From contig NC_057719.1 in assembly GCF_004010195.1 (NCBI RefSeq), positions 43,268,679-43,332,678 of the forward strand: 64,000 bases of DNA, written 5' to 3'. The DNA comes from Chiloscyllium plagiosum (lineage: Eukaryota). Each line of letters begins with the position of its first letter. Position 1 is the first letter of the stretch. A program made the position numbers and the translations under genes. This document shows positions 50,693 through 63,932 of the stretch, in pieces. Under the pieces are notes generated by a model. It made no database searches, was not told the DNA's origin, and saw nothing but the letters and a program-made list of their open reading frames with translations.

Positions 50693-51270
50693 TGTTATGA
50701 TCCAAGCTAATGTTATTCCTGGACAAGTCAGATCCCAGACTGAAATTGGACTTCATAGATCATATTATGGTTGCAATGAAGTGATTTTTCACTGAGGTGT
50801 AAATACACAATGATGCAGATTTTACTTTAAAAATAAAACAAAAGCTCATCAACAAAAAATGAAGATAGAAATTCGGTCTATTCTATTTTATGTACAATAC
50901 AAATACAAATATTTTTAAACACAGTAAAAATACAATCCAATTAATACCAAAATATTCCTTTATAAATAGAATAAAAACCCTTTTGTATAGCACCAAAACA
51001 CACCCCAGTACAGTAACCAAAAACATTACTCATACAAATCTCACACCAATGGAACTGTATTTAACACTTTGGAAGGTTTAAATCACTTGTGACTTTGACT
51101 TATAGACTGGAGTTGCAGACAGATTATTCCCAGAGCTTTTTACATCTGGTATAAAAGTACATTAAGGGTAAAAGGATAACTAGGTAAAGAGTAAGGCCCA
51201 TTACGGACCACAATGGTATTTTGCCCATGGAGACAGAGGACATAGACAGGCATCTAAATGAATACTTTAT
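50693..51270 (-). mobile_element. LTR-like fragment
   Basis: The minus strand ends CTGGGATCTGACTTGTCCAGGAATAACATTAGCTTGGATCATAACA, homologous to 18467-18515. The far boundary is approximate. Confidence 0.45.
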
Positions 51271-51288
51271 ATTAGCATTCACTACCGA

Positions 51289-51636
51289 GGGAGGCAACAT
51301 CCTTGTGGTATTATCACTGGACTGTTAGTCCAGAGATCCAGATAATGTTCTGGGGACTCGGGTTTGAATCCTGTCACGACAGATGGTGGAATTGGAATTC
51401 AATACAAATCTGGAATTAAGAGTCTAATGATAACCATGAATACATTGTCAATTGTAGGGAAAATCCATCTAGATCACTGTTCTGTAGGGAAGGAAACTGC
51501 TGTCCTTACCTGGTTTAGCCTCATGTGACTCCAGACTCTCAGTAATGTGCTAGACTCTGAACAGCTCTTTGGGCAATTTGGGATGGGCAATAGACAGTGA
51601 TGCCTTTGTCCAATAAATGATTTTTTTTTAAAAAAA
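51289..51636 (+). mobile_element. Family-B tRNA SINE, near full length
   Basis: Homologous to 2028-2385 throughout. B-box-like GGTTTGAATCC. Confidence 0.85.
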
Positions 51637-51769
51637 GGGATGATATGGGTATAGAAATCAATGGAGTAGGACTGTGATATGTTGAAAGAAATTAGCATAT
51701 TCAGACATTCTCAGTGGTCTGGTGGGCTTAGAAGCAAATAAAAACTACAGAGTCAGTTGAAATGTATCA

Positions 51770-53235
51770 CACGCTGTTGAGTAAGACAAAGGAGGAAATA
51801 GTAGGGGCATTGGCAATAGTTTTCAATTCCTCTCTGTCCACAGGAGAGATGCTGAGGACTGGAGGACAGCCAGAGTGGTATCATTATTAAAGTAAGGGAT
51901 AAACTGTGAAATGAGACCCCATCAGTCCAACCTCAGTGGTAGGGAAACTAAGGAAAACAGTTCTGAGGGATAGAATTCATCTACATTTGGACCGGCAGAG
52001 ATTAATCAAGAGCAATCAGCATAGTTTTGTTAGGGAATGATCATGTCTGACTAACTTTTATCGATTTTTTTGAAAGAGATGACCAGATATGTTGATAAAG
52101 GTAATGCTTTTGATTAATCTACTTAGACTTCAGCAAGACATTTAATAAAGTCCTGCACAGGAGATTGATAACAAAGGTAAGAGTCTCCGAAAACCAAGGA
52201 AACTTCGTTAATTAGATCCAAAATTGGCTGAGTGGCAAGAAGCAGCTGGTGATAGTCAAGGGATGCTTCTGTGACTGGAGGTCTGTGTTCAGCGGGGTTC
52301 TGCAGAGATCAGTATTGGGACACTTGCTGTTTGCAGTAAGTATAAACAATTTAGATTTGAACTTGGAGATTTGATCAGTAAGTTTGCATATGATATGAAA
52401 ATTGGGGTGACAAATAGTGAGAAGGATACCCTTAGATTACAGGAGGCTATATATGGGCTGATCAGTGGCAAATGGAATGCAATGTGGATAAGTGTGAGGT
52501 GATGGGCAGGATAAACAAGACTAGGCAGTACACGGTGAACAAGCAGCAAAGAATCGGAGGGCCTTTGATATGCATGTCCACCAGTCCCTTAAGGTATTGG
52601 GAAAGGTAGCTAAAGAGGTTAAAAAGAGGCATATAGGATATTCACCTTCATTAGCTGAGGCATGGATTTTAAGCGCCTGGAAGTTATGCTGGAATTGTAT
52701 CAAAACCTGTTCAGTCCATTGCTGGAGTCTTGTGTGCAGTTCTGAAATCAACCTTGCAGGAGAGAGGTGATTGCATTGGAAACGGTGCAGAGGAGATTTA
52801 CCAGGATATTTCCTGGGCTGGAGAGTTTTAATTATAAAGAGAGATTGGGTGGAATGGGATTGTTTTCCTTGGAGGAGAGGAAATTGAAAGGGGGACATGA
52901 TTGAAATGTATAAAATTATGAGGGGAATAGACAGGCAGATAGGAAGGAACTCTTCCCCTTGATGGGAGGTCAATAATCAGGGGATATAAATTTAAGGCAG
53001 GAGCAAGCAGTTTAGAGGAGATGTCACTTAGTGGTGGGAATCTAGAACTCTGTTTATAGGGGTGGTAGAAGCAGAAAACCTCATAATATTTAAGTAGTAT
53101 TCCAAAGTGCACTTACAATGCAAAGATATACAAGGTTATGAGCCAAATGCTGGAAAATGTGATTAGGATATTTAGGTGGTTGTTTGTAACCAGCACAGAC
53201 TCCATGGCTCAAAGAGCCCTTTTTCTGTACTGTAA
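51770..53235 (+). mobile_element. Older CR1 LINE (RT to 3' UTR), degraded
   Basis: 'RPISPTSVVGKL', 'YLDFSKTFNKV' and 'KFAYDMKIG'. The tail resumes at ~53440 after a SINE. Confidence 0.85.
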
Positions 53236-53440
53236 GGTAAAATCACCATAATCTTATCAGACTGCTCTCTCATTGCAGAATCAACTGGTGGTGGTTTAAC
53301 CTGCCAGTCACCTTAGGTGAGGGGGAGGTTGAAAAGGAGAATCCTTCATGGGAACCTCAGCCACTGTGGGAATTAAACCCATATTGTTGGCATTACTCCA
53401 CATCACAAACCAGCTATCTAGCCAACTGAGCTAAACTGAG
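53236..53440 (-). mobile_element. Short tRNA-derived SINE (family C)
   Basis: Minus-strand A box TAGCTCAGTTGG and B-box-like GGTTTAATTCCC. It interrupts a CR1 tail. A possible degenerate copy lies at ~41390-41515. Confidence 0.75.
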
Positions 53441-54209
53441 ACCTCTACAATTCTATGACACATGGGGGTATTGCGTCCAAAAGGATTTGTGAATTTGCAC
53501 ATTATTTTTCCAGTTGATGTTTTTGGAAACTTGCACCAGCAGTTATTTCAGTAGTTTTTTTGTTAAATTTGGAAATGTTTAAGTTCTTTCTCCGGAGTCT
53601 TTAAAAGCTTTTCTAAGAAAGGTAATTTTAGATATAAAGTGTTCTGAGTAACATGCATTTGGGACTGCTCAGGAACTTTGGTAACACATTGAAATGGGCT
53701 TGTGAGAAGTTAAGTGCATAAATAGCTCTAATGATTACAGTGTGAAAGAGGTCACCCAAATTCTAAATCAGAATTATAAATTAGGAGCACAGTGAGATTT
53801 AGAGCCATAGGGTTACAAAATACTTTCAGTTTTTGAGTTTCACTCTCAAATATAGCCTCTGCTCAGGCCCCAAAGCAATTGGGTAAGTAATCTCCAGCGA
53901 CCCTTCCAATTTATTTCAGATTTTCAGCATCTCTGGTCATGCAAGTTCTAAACTGATCACAATGGAAATGAAACAAATAAAAACTGTGGGACCCTGGGAA
54001 ACACTTTTCATTAGTTGTACATCAGAAAGCAGTGCGCAAAGCAAGTGCACTGACTGCTCCATCTCCGTGCCAGAGGCCCAATCAATTGTTGTGATTGAAA
54101 TTTAAATAAAGTTAGAGAATTGTTGTTGGTACTAAAATGTAATAAAATACTCAAACTGACTAGTAAAGATTAAAGATTTTGTTTGACAACTATATATATA
54201 TATATTTGT

Positions 54210-54550
54210 GGGTGGCACGGTGGCTCAGTGGCTAGTACTGCTGTCTCACAGCGCCAGGACTCTGTTTCGATTCCAGCCTTTGTGCAAACTCTACACAGAC
54301 AGTTGCCTGTCTCCCTGTGTTTGTTTGTGTTTCCTCTGGATGCACCGGTTTCCTCCCACAATCACAAAGATGTGCAGGTTAGGTGAATTGGCTGTGCTAA
54401 ATTGCCCATAGTGTTCAGGGATGTTTTGGTTAGGTGTATTACTGGGGTAAATGTAAAGCAATAGGGTAGGGGAATGGGTGGGTTACTCTTCAGAGGGTCG
54501 GCGTGAACTTATTGGACCAAAGGACCTATTTCTACAGTATAGGGATTCTA
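54210..54550 (+). mobile_element. HE1-type V-SINE with 27-bp internal inversion
   Basis: Head GGTGGCACGGTGGCTCAGTGG, B box TTCGATTCC, and HER1-like tail. Confidence 0.9.
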
Positions 54551-54869
54551 TGTTGCTAGCCAAGCTATTCAAGTAAAGCTACAACACAGAGTTCTAGCCA
54601 ACAATATGGAACATTGTCAAGATTAAGCTATCCACAAAAAAGATCAAATTAAAACCAGCATAGTACCATCCATTGATCCCAGTTATCAACAAAACAAGGG
54701 GAGGTAAAGCTGTTTGTGCTAAAAGACAGCACCAACACGCGATAACTTGCTCACCGATACATAGTTTGTAGTCCATCCCAGTCACTCAGCTCTTGAATTA
54801 AACATGGTTAAAAATAAATAAATTCTAGAGTCAAGGTGAGAGCTATTACATTTGACTGAAGACAACATT

Positions 54870-55742
54870 TGAAAAATGAGGCCTTAAGGTGCCCTGGAAA
54901 TATTGATGTCAATGGATAGCAAGCATAAAATGTTCCACTGCTGGAGTCATTCCATTACAAAGGAAAGTGGTGGCAATCAGTTCAGTGCCTGGACTTTGCA
55001 ACTGTTCCTGAGCATATAGTGTCCTTATCCTATTGTCTTCAGTTGCTTCAACGAATGTCTCTCATCAGTAAGTCAGAGTTGGAGATATTCATTGACAATT
55101 AAAGTGTTTGATTCCAGTTGTAACTCCTCAAATTCTGAAACAATCCTCATCTGTATGCAGCAAGGCCTGGACTACATTCAGGTTAAAGTGGTCAAATGTT
55201 GGTAACTCCATGGTAGGTACTCAGCTCCCTGCTCCTCAAAGTCAAGGCACAAGTCAGTCAAGTGACCAAATACTCCTTTACTTTCTGAGATGACTTCAAC
55301 TCCAGCAAGGAGGCCATCTAGGACAGAGAAGCCTGCTGAAGTGACATCCATTGACCAATTAAAATATTTATGCCCTGCGCCTATGTGCACTTTCTGGCAG
55401 CAGTATGTAGCTACTACAAGATAGAACTGCAACAATTTGACAAGACACTTTCCCAACCAGTGTCCTTGACCACCTGAAAAGCAAAATCACCAGGTGCATG
55501 GCAACAATATCACCATGTTCTCCACCAAGTAACATACCACCCTGACCTGAAATTATTAATTGCCATTCCTTCACTGCTGCTGGGACAATATTCTAGAACT
55601 GTGTTCTGCAGCATTGACTATTTGTACACCACATGAACTGCAGAAATTTAAGGTACCAGCTCACCATTTCCTTGTCAATAGTAAGATGAAAATTAAATGT
55701 CAACCATGCCTGTGTTGCTATAGTCCCATTATGAATAAAAAT
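54870..55742 (+). mobile_element. Old L2/CR1-group LINE 3' portion
   Basis: Degraded RT-like region followed by the same 3' end as 18520-18757. Confidence 0.6.
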
Positions 55743-57724
55743 AGCTTCATAATTGCAGGCCATGGAATCTTTGGCTGTTGTGTTCTGATGGCAGGGAGGT
55801 GAACCAGTAACAGGAAGAACTGCTTGTCGAGTCATATGCCATCTTGTTCAAAACAAAATTGGCAAAAAGGATCATCATGTTTAATGAGTAGCCGACAGTA
55901 TTTCCTTTAAACATCACTGGTTTGCTATTTTTAAAAATTCAGATCCATAGTTTGTTATTGCAAATCATTAATGACCTACATTCAATTAAAATACAAAAGG
56001 TTGTAGTTTATGCAATCTGAGTTACAGATTGGGATATGCTTAAATTGATGCTTACGTTGTCTCTGGAAATATAATGCTCACTGCAAGATTGAACATGCGC
56101 TTAATCATATTGATTATTTCTAACCCACTAGTCAATGATAATTTCTGATTCACTGTCATAACATGACGGAAACATTATTCTCAATGAAACTATTAGTATA
56201 AGGCTGAAATTAAATTCCAACCAATTTGAAAAAGCTTGTCTCATTTGGTAATTATAGGCATCATTGTAGTAAACATTTTATACTTTGCTGGATGGGAGAA
56301 GTACTTGTTTCAAAATGCAACTTTTCATCATAATTTTTTTTCCTGTAAAGAAATGTAGTCAAGAAAGAAGACTGATTATATGATTAAACCATGAAATAAG
56401 CAGAAATAGCATCCTACAGCATTTAGTATCCTTGTGTAGTGGAGTGACATCTGCAGCTTTTAACCACCAAATGTGTGCTTAATGCACAAGAGTATTTAGC
56501 TATTATTGTTACACAAATAAACAGTTTTATCTCATTCTATTTCCTACTCTGATAAGTACACAATCGTAACAGATCTAACCCGCAAAGGGACCACTGTACA
56601 CTAATATTACCAAACACCAGGGAGCTTGTATTTACTGGAGTTCATAAAAACATTTACATGCATGACTGTACCAATTAAAACAATTGTGTAACTAAACATG
56701 GCCATTTGGTTTTGTTGTGAAACACTTTAATTTACATTATTCTAAGTCAAATTATCAACTAAAGTATTTATTAAAGTCTATTATGTATTGAATATTCAAA
56801 AACAGTTTACTAGTGCATTTGAATTTACAGTGCCCTAAATTATAATTAGTCAATAATAATAAAAGCATTAAGATCAGAAGTTAAAATGGTCAAGTTGAAG
56901 TCAGCATTACAATGACACTCACTCTTATATTGCATCAATAATCTTTTATGCATTTTGAATCTTAACAACTAAATGTTAATTCTGTTAGCAGTTCACTTTT
57001 TGAAACACTTATTTGAGAGACTCAAATCCAACTGAAATGGCCTGGTGCATTTATAGTACCAATATTGAATCTATTTTAAATAGATTTAGAGGATTAGCTC
57101 AATCTTTTGTGTGCATTGATCATAAAGTCTTGTAAATGGAATAAGTGGCATGTTTCAAACTGGAAATTCTTCTTTGCTGCCTATTATCCCTGAAGATTAT
57201 TCTTATTTGTTCTTCTCATCTGTTAATGCTTACTGATGCCCTGGAGGATGATCCAAGCTCAGGCTTCAGCTAATATTTTCTCAGGCAATTGCTCTGAGGT
57301 TTACCAGAAATTATTCTTCCACAAAATTTCTCTCCCATTTTAACTAACGTCATAAGTCCTAGCAGAGGGAGTGATTAGACCCGGATTTCATTTTTACTAT
57401 TGTTCTGTGGTGTTATGAAGGAGAAAACACAACATTCATTTCAAGTAGCACTGCACTGGTTAACCTGATATGAAGGAGACTACTTAAAATGTTGGGTGCA
57501 GTGGTCCAGGGCAGCAATTCACCACCACTACCAGTGGAGGCAACTGGGATAGGCAATAAAATGCTGGCCCAGCCAATAATGCCCACATCTGTAGAATAAT
57601 TATTTTAATTAAAAAGTGTTTTCTCCTCTCAGTGAAACAAGGGGTAAGAGGACTGGACAGGATCGTGGAGTTGAAGTAGATCATCAGCCACAATTGGACT
57701 GAATGACAGAGCAGGTTCAAGGAT

Positions 57725-58690
57725 TAGAGAGTGTCACACAGCACGGAAATAGACCAAACAGTCCAACTCATCTATGCTGACCAAGTTTCCCAGACGAAAC
57801 TCGTTCTACTTGCCGCAGTAGGCCCATATCCCTATAAACTTTTCCTATTCATATACCTGTCCAAATATCTTTTTTTTTAAACTGTAACTGTTAGCAGCAT
57901 TCACCACTTCCCCTGACAGTTCATTCTACATACAAGCCACTTTGTGTGGAAAAACTGCCCCTCAAGTCCCTTTTAAATCTTTCTTCTCACCTGAAAATTA
58001 GTCTCCCTAGTTTTGAACTCCCCTACCAAGGGGAAAAGACCTTTGCTATTCGCCTTATCTATGCCCCTCATGATTTATAAATCTCTACAAGGAAACTGCC
58101 AACACTCCAGTGAAAAAGTCCCAGCCTATCCAGCCTCTCCTCATAATTCAAACCCTCCAGTCCTTGCAACATTCTGGTAAATCTTTTCTGAACCCTCTCC
58201 AATTTAATAACATCCTTCGTCTAGCAGGGCAAATCAATACATTGGTGGCCTCACCACCATCCTGTACAATCTCAACACGTCATCCCAACTCCTATACGTA
58301 ATGGTCTTGAGTAATGAAGGCAGGTCTGCTAAATGGCTTCTTAACCACTATCTGCCTGTAATGTAACTTTAAAAAAAAACTAGGTCACTGAACCCCTCAG
58401 TCTCTGTTTGACAACACTATCCAGAGCCCTACCATTAATTGTAAAACAAGCAAGGGTAGGATTTGTACAAAAATACAATACATCACATTTATTCAAATTA
58501 AAATATACCTGTCACTTCAGCCCATTGGTCCAATTGATCAGCATATTTTTGTAATCTTAAATAACCTTCTTCACTGTTCATTAAACCACCAAATTTGGTA
58601 TCATCCACAAACTTACAAACTATGCCTCCTAAATTCTCATCTAAATCATTTATATAAACGTCAAACAGTGGACTCAATGTTCCAAGTCTA
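57725..58690 (-). mobile_element. CR1 LINE 3' portion
   Basis: 'LFDVYINDLDENLGGIVCKFVDDTKFGG' with a HER1-like tail at 57725-57790. Confidence 0.88.
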
Positions 58691-61667
58691 TTCCTTCTCT
58701 TCACATTCTTATACTGAATGGGCCTCAGATGACATAAGAAAATAAAAATTGAACTTAAAAACTCATCTGCCCCTAAATCCAAATTAATATTTTAAAAGGA
58801 TTGCTTTGCATCAATTTTCTATTAGCTAGATATAAAAAAGCCAAGATACCCACATTGCATGTTCATGTTAATTATATGCAATACCATTATTCAACATTTT
58901 TATTAAACAGCTAATATATGTTGGAACACCAAACTAGAAACCAACAGTAATTTATCTTAGAATCATGGTAGAATTTGAAGTTTGGATATTGGAGCCACTA
59001 AGCTCTATCTTTTTGAAAGTTACTATTTGACGGCATTGGGGTTGCCTTGAAGGGAATTGCATATGGTATGATGCTACTGATCTTAAGGCAGTTAAACACT
59101 AACAGGGAATGATTGGGTTTATGACAAGTTTCAAAGCAACTTTCTTTCAATGGCTATTTTTGTGATTATTTATTATTTTTAATAGTTAAATGAAATAGAA
59201 ACAACTTATTGTTTTCATTTCATAAGACTATGGGAACACAAAGACAACTAATTGGAATAGATATATGAAGTAAAGCATTTATGGTAGTAGAGGTGAATTG
59301 TGGAGTTTACAGGTAGTTAAGGGAGGGTTGATGCATCGCACTTTTGCCAAATTCAGAATTCTGATGCATTGGATCAGGCAGTTCTGTGGAGAATGGAACA
59401 GGATTCATGTTTCAGTTCAATTACTTGAACAGTTCTGACAGATTTTGACAGAAGTACAGAAACGGGGACAGTGGGGAGGTGGGGGGCAGTGATGAAGGAA
59501 GAACAGAAGGAAATATGAATGACATTTCTTTTTAAAAAATGGCCACTTAGCAACAGGATAAGTCCATCTGTGCTCATGAAATCATACCTCAGAAAAATGC
59601 CAGCCCAGGAGATAATAGCAGATCATTGTCAAGATGGATTAAGTGTGAAATACCCACAACCAAGCAAATTAACTCTTGCTAGTTTACTCTGTTTGAAAAT
59701 AGAAGGATTGTTCTAGTTGAATTAAATTTATTCAATTAATTTACAAAATTGAAACAAAATCTGAATGATACCTTACCCAATTTACAAAGAAAAAACTTGT
59801 AAAGTAGTGAATATTACATTTAAAGGAATATTTCTGTCTAGCACTAAAAGACAGAATACCACTAGGATTGTGAAAAGGGTTTAAATGAAGATTTAAAATT
59901 AAACTAATTGGCTGCAAGTGGTTGATACACAATACCCCACAAGTACTGGGCAGAATCACATGTGGTTTCAGTTCAATCACTGTTTCTAAGCTGTAACACT
60001 CAATATAGACTTGCAAATGTGGCAACTTTTTTTTTGTAAAGAGTGACAATGCGGAAACGTGTTTGAAAGTTCCTTTCAATCTGTGAAGTGTATTAAAAAT
60101 ATTAGCAGCTTTTCTATAGCCTGGCTTAGAACAAATCACAAGGTGTGCTGTTTTGTCAGAATAGAAACATGGTGCAATGTTGCTAAGGAACAACTAAGGT
60201 TGAATTCTAAGGTCAGTTTGAAGGTAATATCAGTTGGGAATGTTTCTTTGCAACTGAAGGTCAAGTTAAAAGCCGAAGTAAGCTTTTATATGCAAACCCT
60301 GAAATAGACTAATTATAGTCATACTATTTATAAAGTAAAATTGGTGTGTATAACAAGAACATAGTAGAGTTAGCGGCTCAACATTTACAGTCTGCTCCGT
60401 CATTCAGCACAACCTGCCCGATCATCAATATCAATGCCTTTTTAGTCCACACTATCCCCATATTCCTGAATGCCTTCAACAGATTTCTAAATATCAATCT
60501 GCAATTCACATTTACAAGAGAACACTATCTAGCAAAGCTTATTGCTTTTATTGTGTTGTATAGAATCTGTGGTTAATACCAGCGATCGCTGTTCCACTTA
60601 CTTTTTAAATTTAATAAAACATTAACTTCCGAATTGATGTTCTCTCAAGGCAGTGACTAATTTTCCAATCTTGGTTTAAATTTGAAATTCAGTGTATTAC
60701 AGACATCACAATGTGTATCCAAAATCCAAACGTATTATTTCACCTGATAATGTACACTGGTGGTTACAAATTTAAATTCTTTCTTTGGAAAATGGAAAAT
60801 TACAAAAATAACTCCTAATTCATTGACCTCCAAGCGAGAGTGCAAGATGATGTTTCAACTGTTTTCATTCCATTTTCAGATTTTAATAAAGGTTCAAAAT
60901 GGCTTAGCTCTTTCCATTAGTTTAGTGTGAAAATAACTTATGCAAACAGAAAATAGGTTAAAACAAGATCAGGATATTATAATAAAAGATGCAAAACAAA
61001 AAAACCCAACAAAATTGAAGTTCTCTACTGTACTTAGAACCATCACTTGACCTAGTCTCTTGTTCTTGGGCTATACAATGATTAGCTTAGATTACTTCAA
61101 TTGGCTAACACTGAACAATTAGTGTTTTAATATATATTTATATAAACATTCCTTTAAGGTAGATTAAATACATGAACATGTTTAACTCTTTTTTATAAAA
61201 TAGATCAGTCTTGTTGACTACACCTACATGACTTTAAAAATCATTTTTAATATAGAATACAAGTTGAGGACACCTTCAAGGTTTTTTCAATTTCAGTAAA
61301 ATGTCCACAAATGAACAAAAAAATAAACTTGTGTGACAATTGTTTCTAGCTACCAACTTTTATTTGGCCCCACTCCAGTATTTAATATTAACACAGCATC
61401 CTCGAGTTTAAAATACAAACAAATTTCAAGATTTAAAAAAATGAATTTCAAAAGGGACAAAATGAGCTGATAAAATGAACAGACACAGCAGACGCGATTT
61501 AATGCCAATTATGAACTGATTCAATTTGGTGGGATGTATGAGGAAAATCAATATAAGTTACAATTCAAGGGGAGTGGATGAAGTTGGAGGTATGCACAAA
61601 AATCTTTGAAGCTGACAGATGTAGAGGCAGGATGAGAGTATAGTTGATAAAACATACATAGAGTCTT

Positions 61668-62427
61668 CCTTGTAAATATTTTCTGAACCCTTTCAAGTTT
61701 CACAACATCTTTCCGATAGAAAGGAGACCAGAATTGCAACCGATATTCCAAAAGTGACCTATCCAATGTCCTGTACAGCCACAACATGACCTCCCAACTC
61801 TTGTACTCAATACTCTGACCAATAAAGGAAAGCATATCAAATGCCTTCTTCACTATCGTATCTACCTGCGACTCCACTTTCAAGGAGCTATGAACCTGCA
61901 CTCCAAGGTCTCTTTGTTCAGCAACACTCCCTAGGACCCTACCATTAAGTGTATAAGTCTTGCTTTCCCAAAATGCAGCACCTCGCATTTATCTGAATTA
62001 AACTCCATCTGCCACTTCTCAGCCCATTGGCCCATCTGATCCTGTTGTAATCTGAGGTAACCTTCTTTTCTGTCCACTACACCTCCAATTTTGGTGTCAT
62101 CTGCAACTTACTAACGTACCTCTTATGCTCGCATCCAAATCATTTATGTAAATGACAAAACAGAGGACCCAGCACAGATCCTTGTGGCACTCCACTGGTT
62201 ACAGGCCTCCAGTCTGAAAAACAACCCTCCACCACCACTCTGTCTTCTACCTATGAGCCAGTTCTATATCAAAATGGCTAGTTCTCTCTGTATTCCGCGA
62301 GATCTAACCTTGCTAATCAGTCTCCCATGGGAAACCTTGTCAAACGCCTTACTGAAGTCCATGTAGCTCACATCTACTGCTCCGCCCTCATCAATCCTCT
62401 TTGTTACTTCCTTAAAAAACTCAATCA
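61668..62427 (-). mobile_element. Internal HER1-like CR1 RT fragment nested in an older plus-strand CR1 (61480-61665, 62428-62860)
   Basis: ORF 61548-61988(-) 'QRDLGVQVHSSLKVESQVD...LERVQKIFTR'. It has no 3' tail. Confidence 0.88.
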
Positions 62428-63159
62428 GTAAAGGGTTCAGAACAGATTCATAAACACGGATCCTGCATGAGAAGAGATTGAAACTTGCATTATCCTCAGA
62501 GAATTAAGAGGAGATTTGATGAAGACATTCAAAATTATGAGGGGTCGGGTCAGAGTAAATGGAGGGAAACATTGCCTGTTTGCAGAAGGATTGAAGACTT
62601 GAGGACACTGATTTCAGGTGATTTGCAAAAGCAGCAAATGCAACTTGAAGAAAAACTCAAACTTTGTTTTCTTAACAGTGCAATTTGGATTTAGAAAGCA
62701 CAGCCCTGGTATGATTGAAGCAGATTTAAAACAGAACCAGATAAGTATTTGAAGAGAAAGTAATTTCAGGGCTGCATTGAAAAGATTGGGAGTGGGTGGG
62801 TAAGGGTTGTGGTACATGGTTTGTTGGTCCACAGACAGCCTCTTTCTGTGCAGTAACCATTCTTATTTTTATTTTTTTCTATTTTTTCAAACCATTCTTA
62901 TTTTGCATGCTTGTTAGATATCCACTTTAAATATTTACAAGATTCAACTGTAGGAACTGGCTAATGGAAAACTCTTCTTCCTCTAAAATGTCTTATCACT
63001 GTGTCCACAATTAGTCTAAAAATGTTCCTTGAAAATTCAAAGACATCTTTTCCATACTAGTGGCTTCAAATTGATCCAAAATGTTCTGCAGAATTTGAAG
63101 CAGAAAAGTAGTTACAAATTTCTCTTTATAAATTTTGAAACCTTCAGAGACGTCTTGGG

Positions 63160-63403
63160 TTTTAAGCTGTAACTAGTGGGATGCCACAGGTTAAAGTCCT
63201 CAGCCCCGATTATTTACAAACTATATTAAATGACTTCTATGTAGGGATGGGATAACTAGGTTGCACAATAGACAAATTTGGAAGTGATACCGAATCTGTG
63301 GGAAATTAAATTGCAATAAAGAAATAAGAGACAAGTAGATATGGATTGGCTAGGTGAATGGATCAAAAATTGGCAGATGGGGGTTTAATGTGGATAAATG
63401 TGA
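63160..63403 (+). mobile_element. Old CR1 RT fragment
   Basis: 'VTSGMPQ' and 'WIKNWQMGFNVDKCE'-like motifs. Confidence 0.6.
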
Positions 63404-63463
63404 GGCTGAAAATGTGTTGCTGGAAAAGCGCAGGTCAGGCAGCATCCAAGGAACAGGAGAATC

Positions 63464-63491
63464 GACGTTTCGGGCATACGCCCTTCTTCAG
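63464..63491 (-). ncRNA. Minimal type-I hammerhead ribozyme core, intact
   Basis: CTGAAGA-A-GGGC-GTAT-GCCC-GAAAC-GTC on the minus strand (the only change is in the loop). Confidence 0.86.
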
Positions 63492-63576
63492 GAATGAGGA
63501 AAGTGTGTCCAGCAGGCTAAGATAAAATGTAGGGAGGAGGGACTTGGGGGAGGGGCGTTGGAAATGCGATAGGTAG

Positions 63577-63795
63577 NNNNNNNNNNNNNNNNNNNNNNNN
63601 NNNNNNNNNNNNNNNNNNNNNNNNNNNNNNNNNNNNNNNNNNNNNNNNNNNNNNNNNNNNNNNNNNNNNNNNNNNNNNNNNNNNNNNNNNNNNNNNNNNN
63701 NNNNNNNNNNNNNNNNNNNNNNNNNNNNNNNNNNNNNNNNNNNNNNNNNNNNNNNNNNNNNNNNNNNNNNNNNNNNNNNNNNNNNNNNNNNNNNN
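63577..63795. other. Assembly gap (219 N)
   Basis: Run of N. Confidence 1.
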
Positions 63796-63932
63796 ACCTC
63801 TCCGCCCCCATCCCACTCCGGCCTATCACCCTCACCTTGACCTCCATCCACCTATCGCATTTCCAACGCCCCTCCCCCAAATCTCTCCTCCCTACCTTTT
63901 ATCTTAGCCTGCTGGACATACTTTCCTCATTC

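Noticed and set aside
63435..63880. ORFs near the window end
   Set aside because: They span the N gap and PLE terminal repeats.
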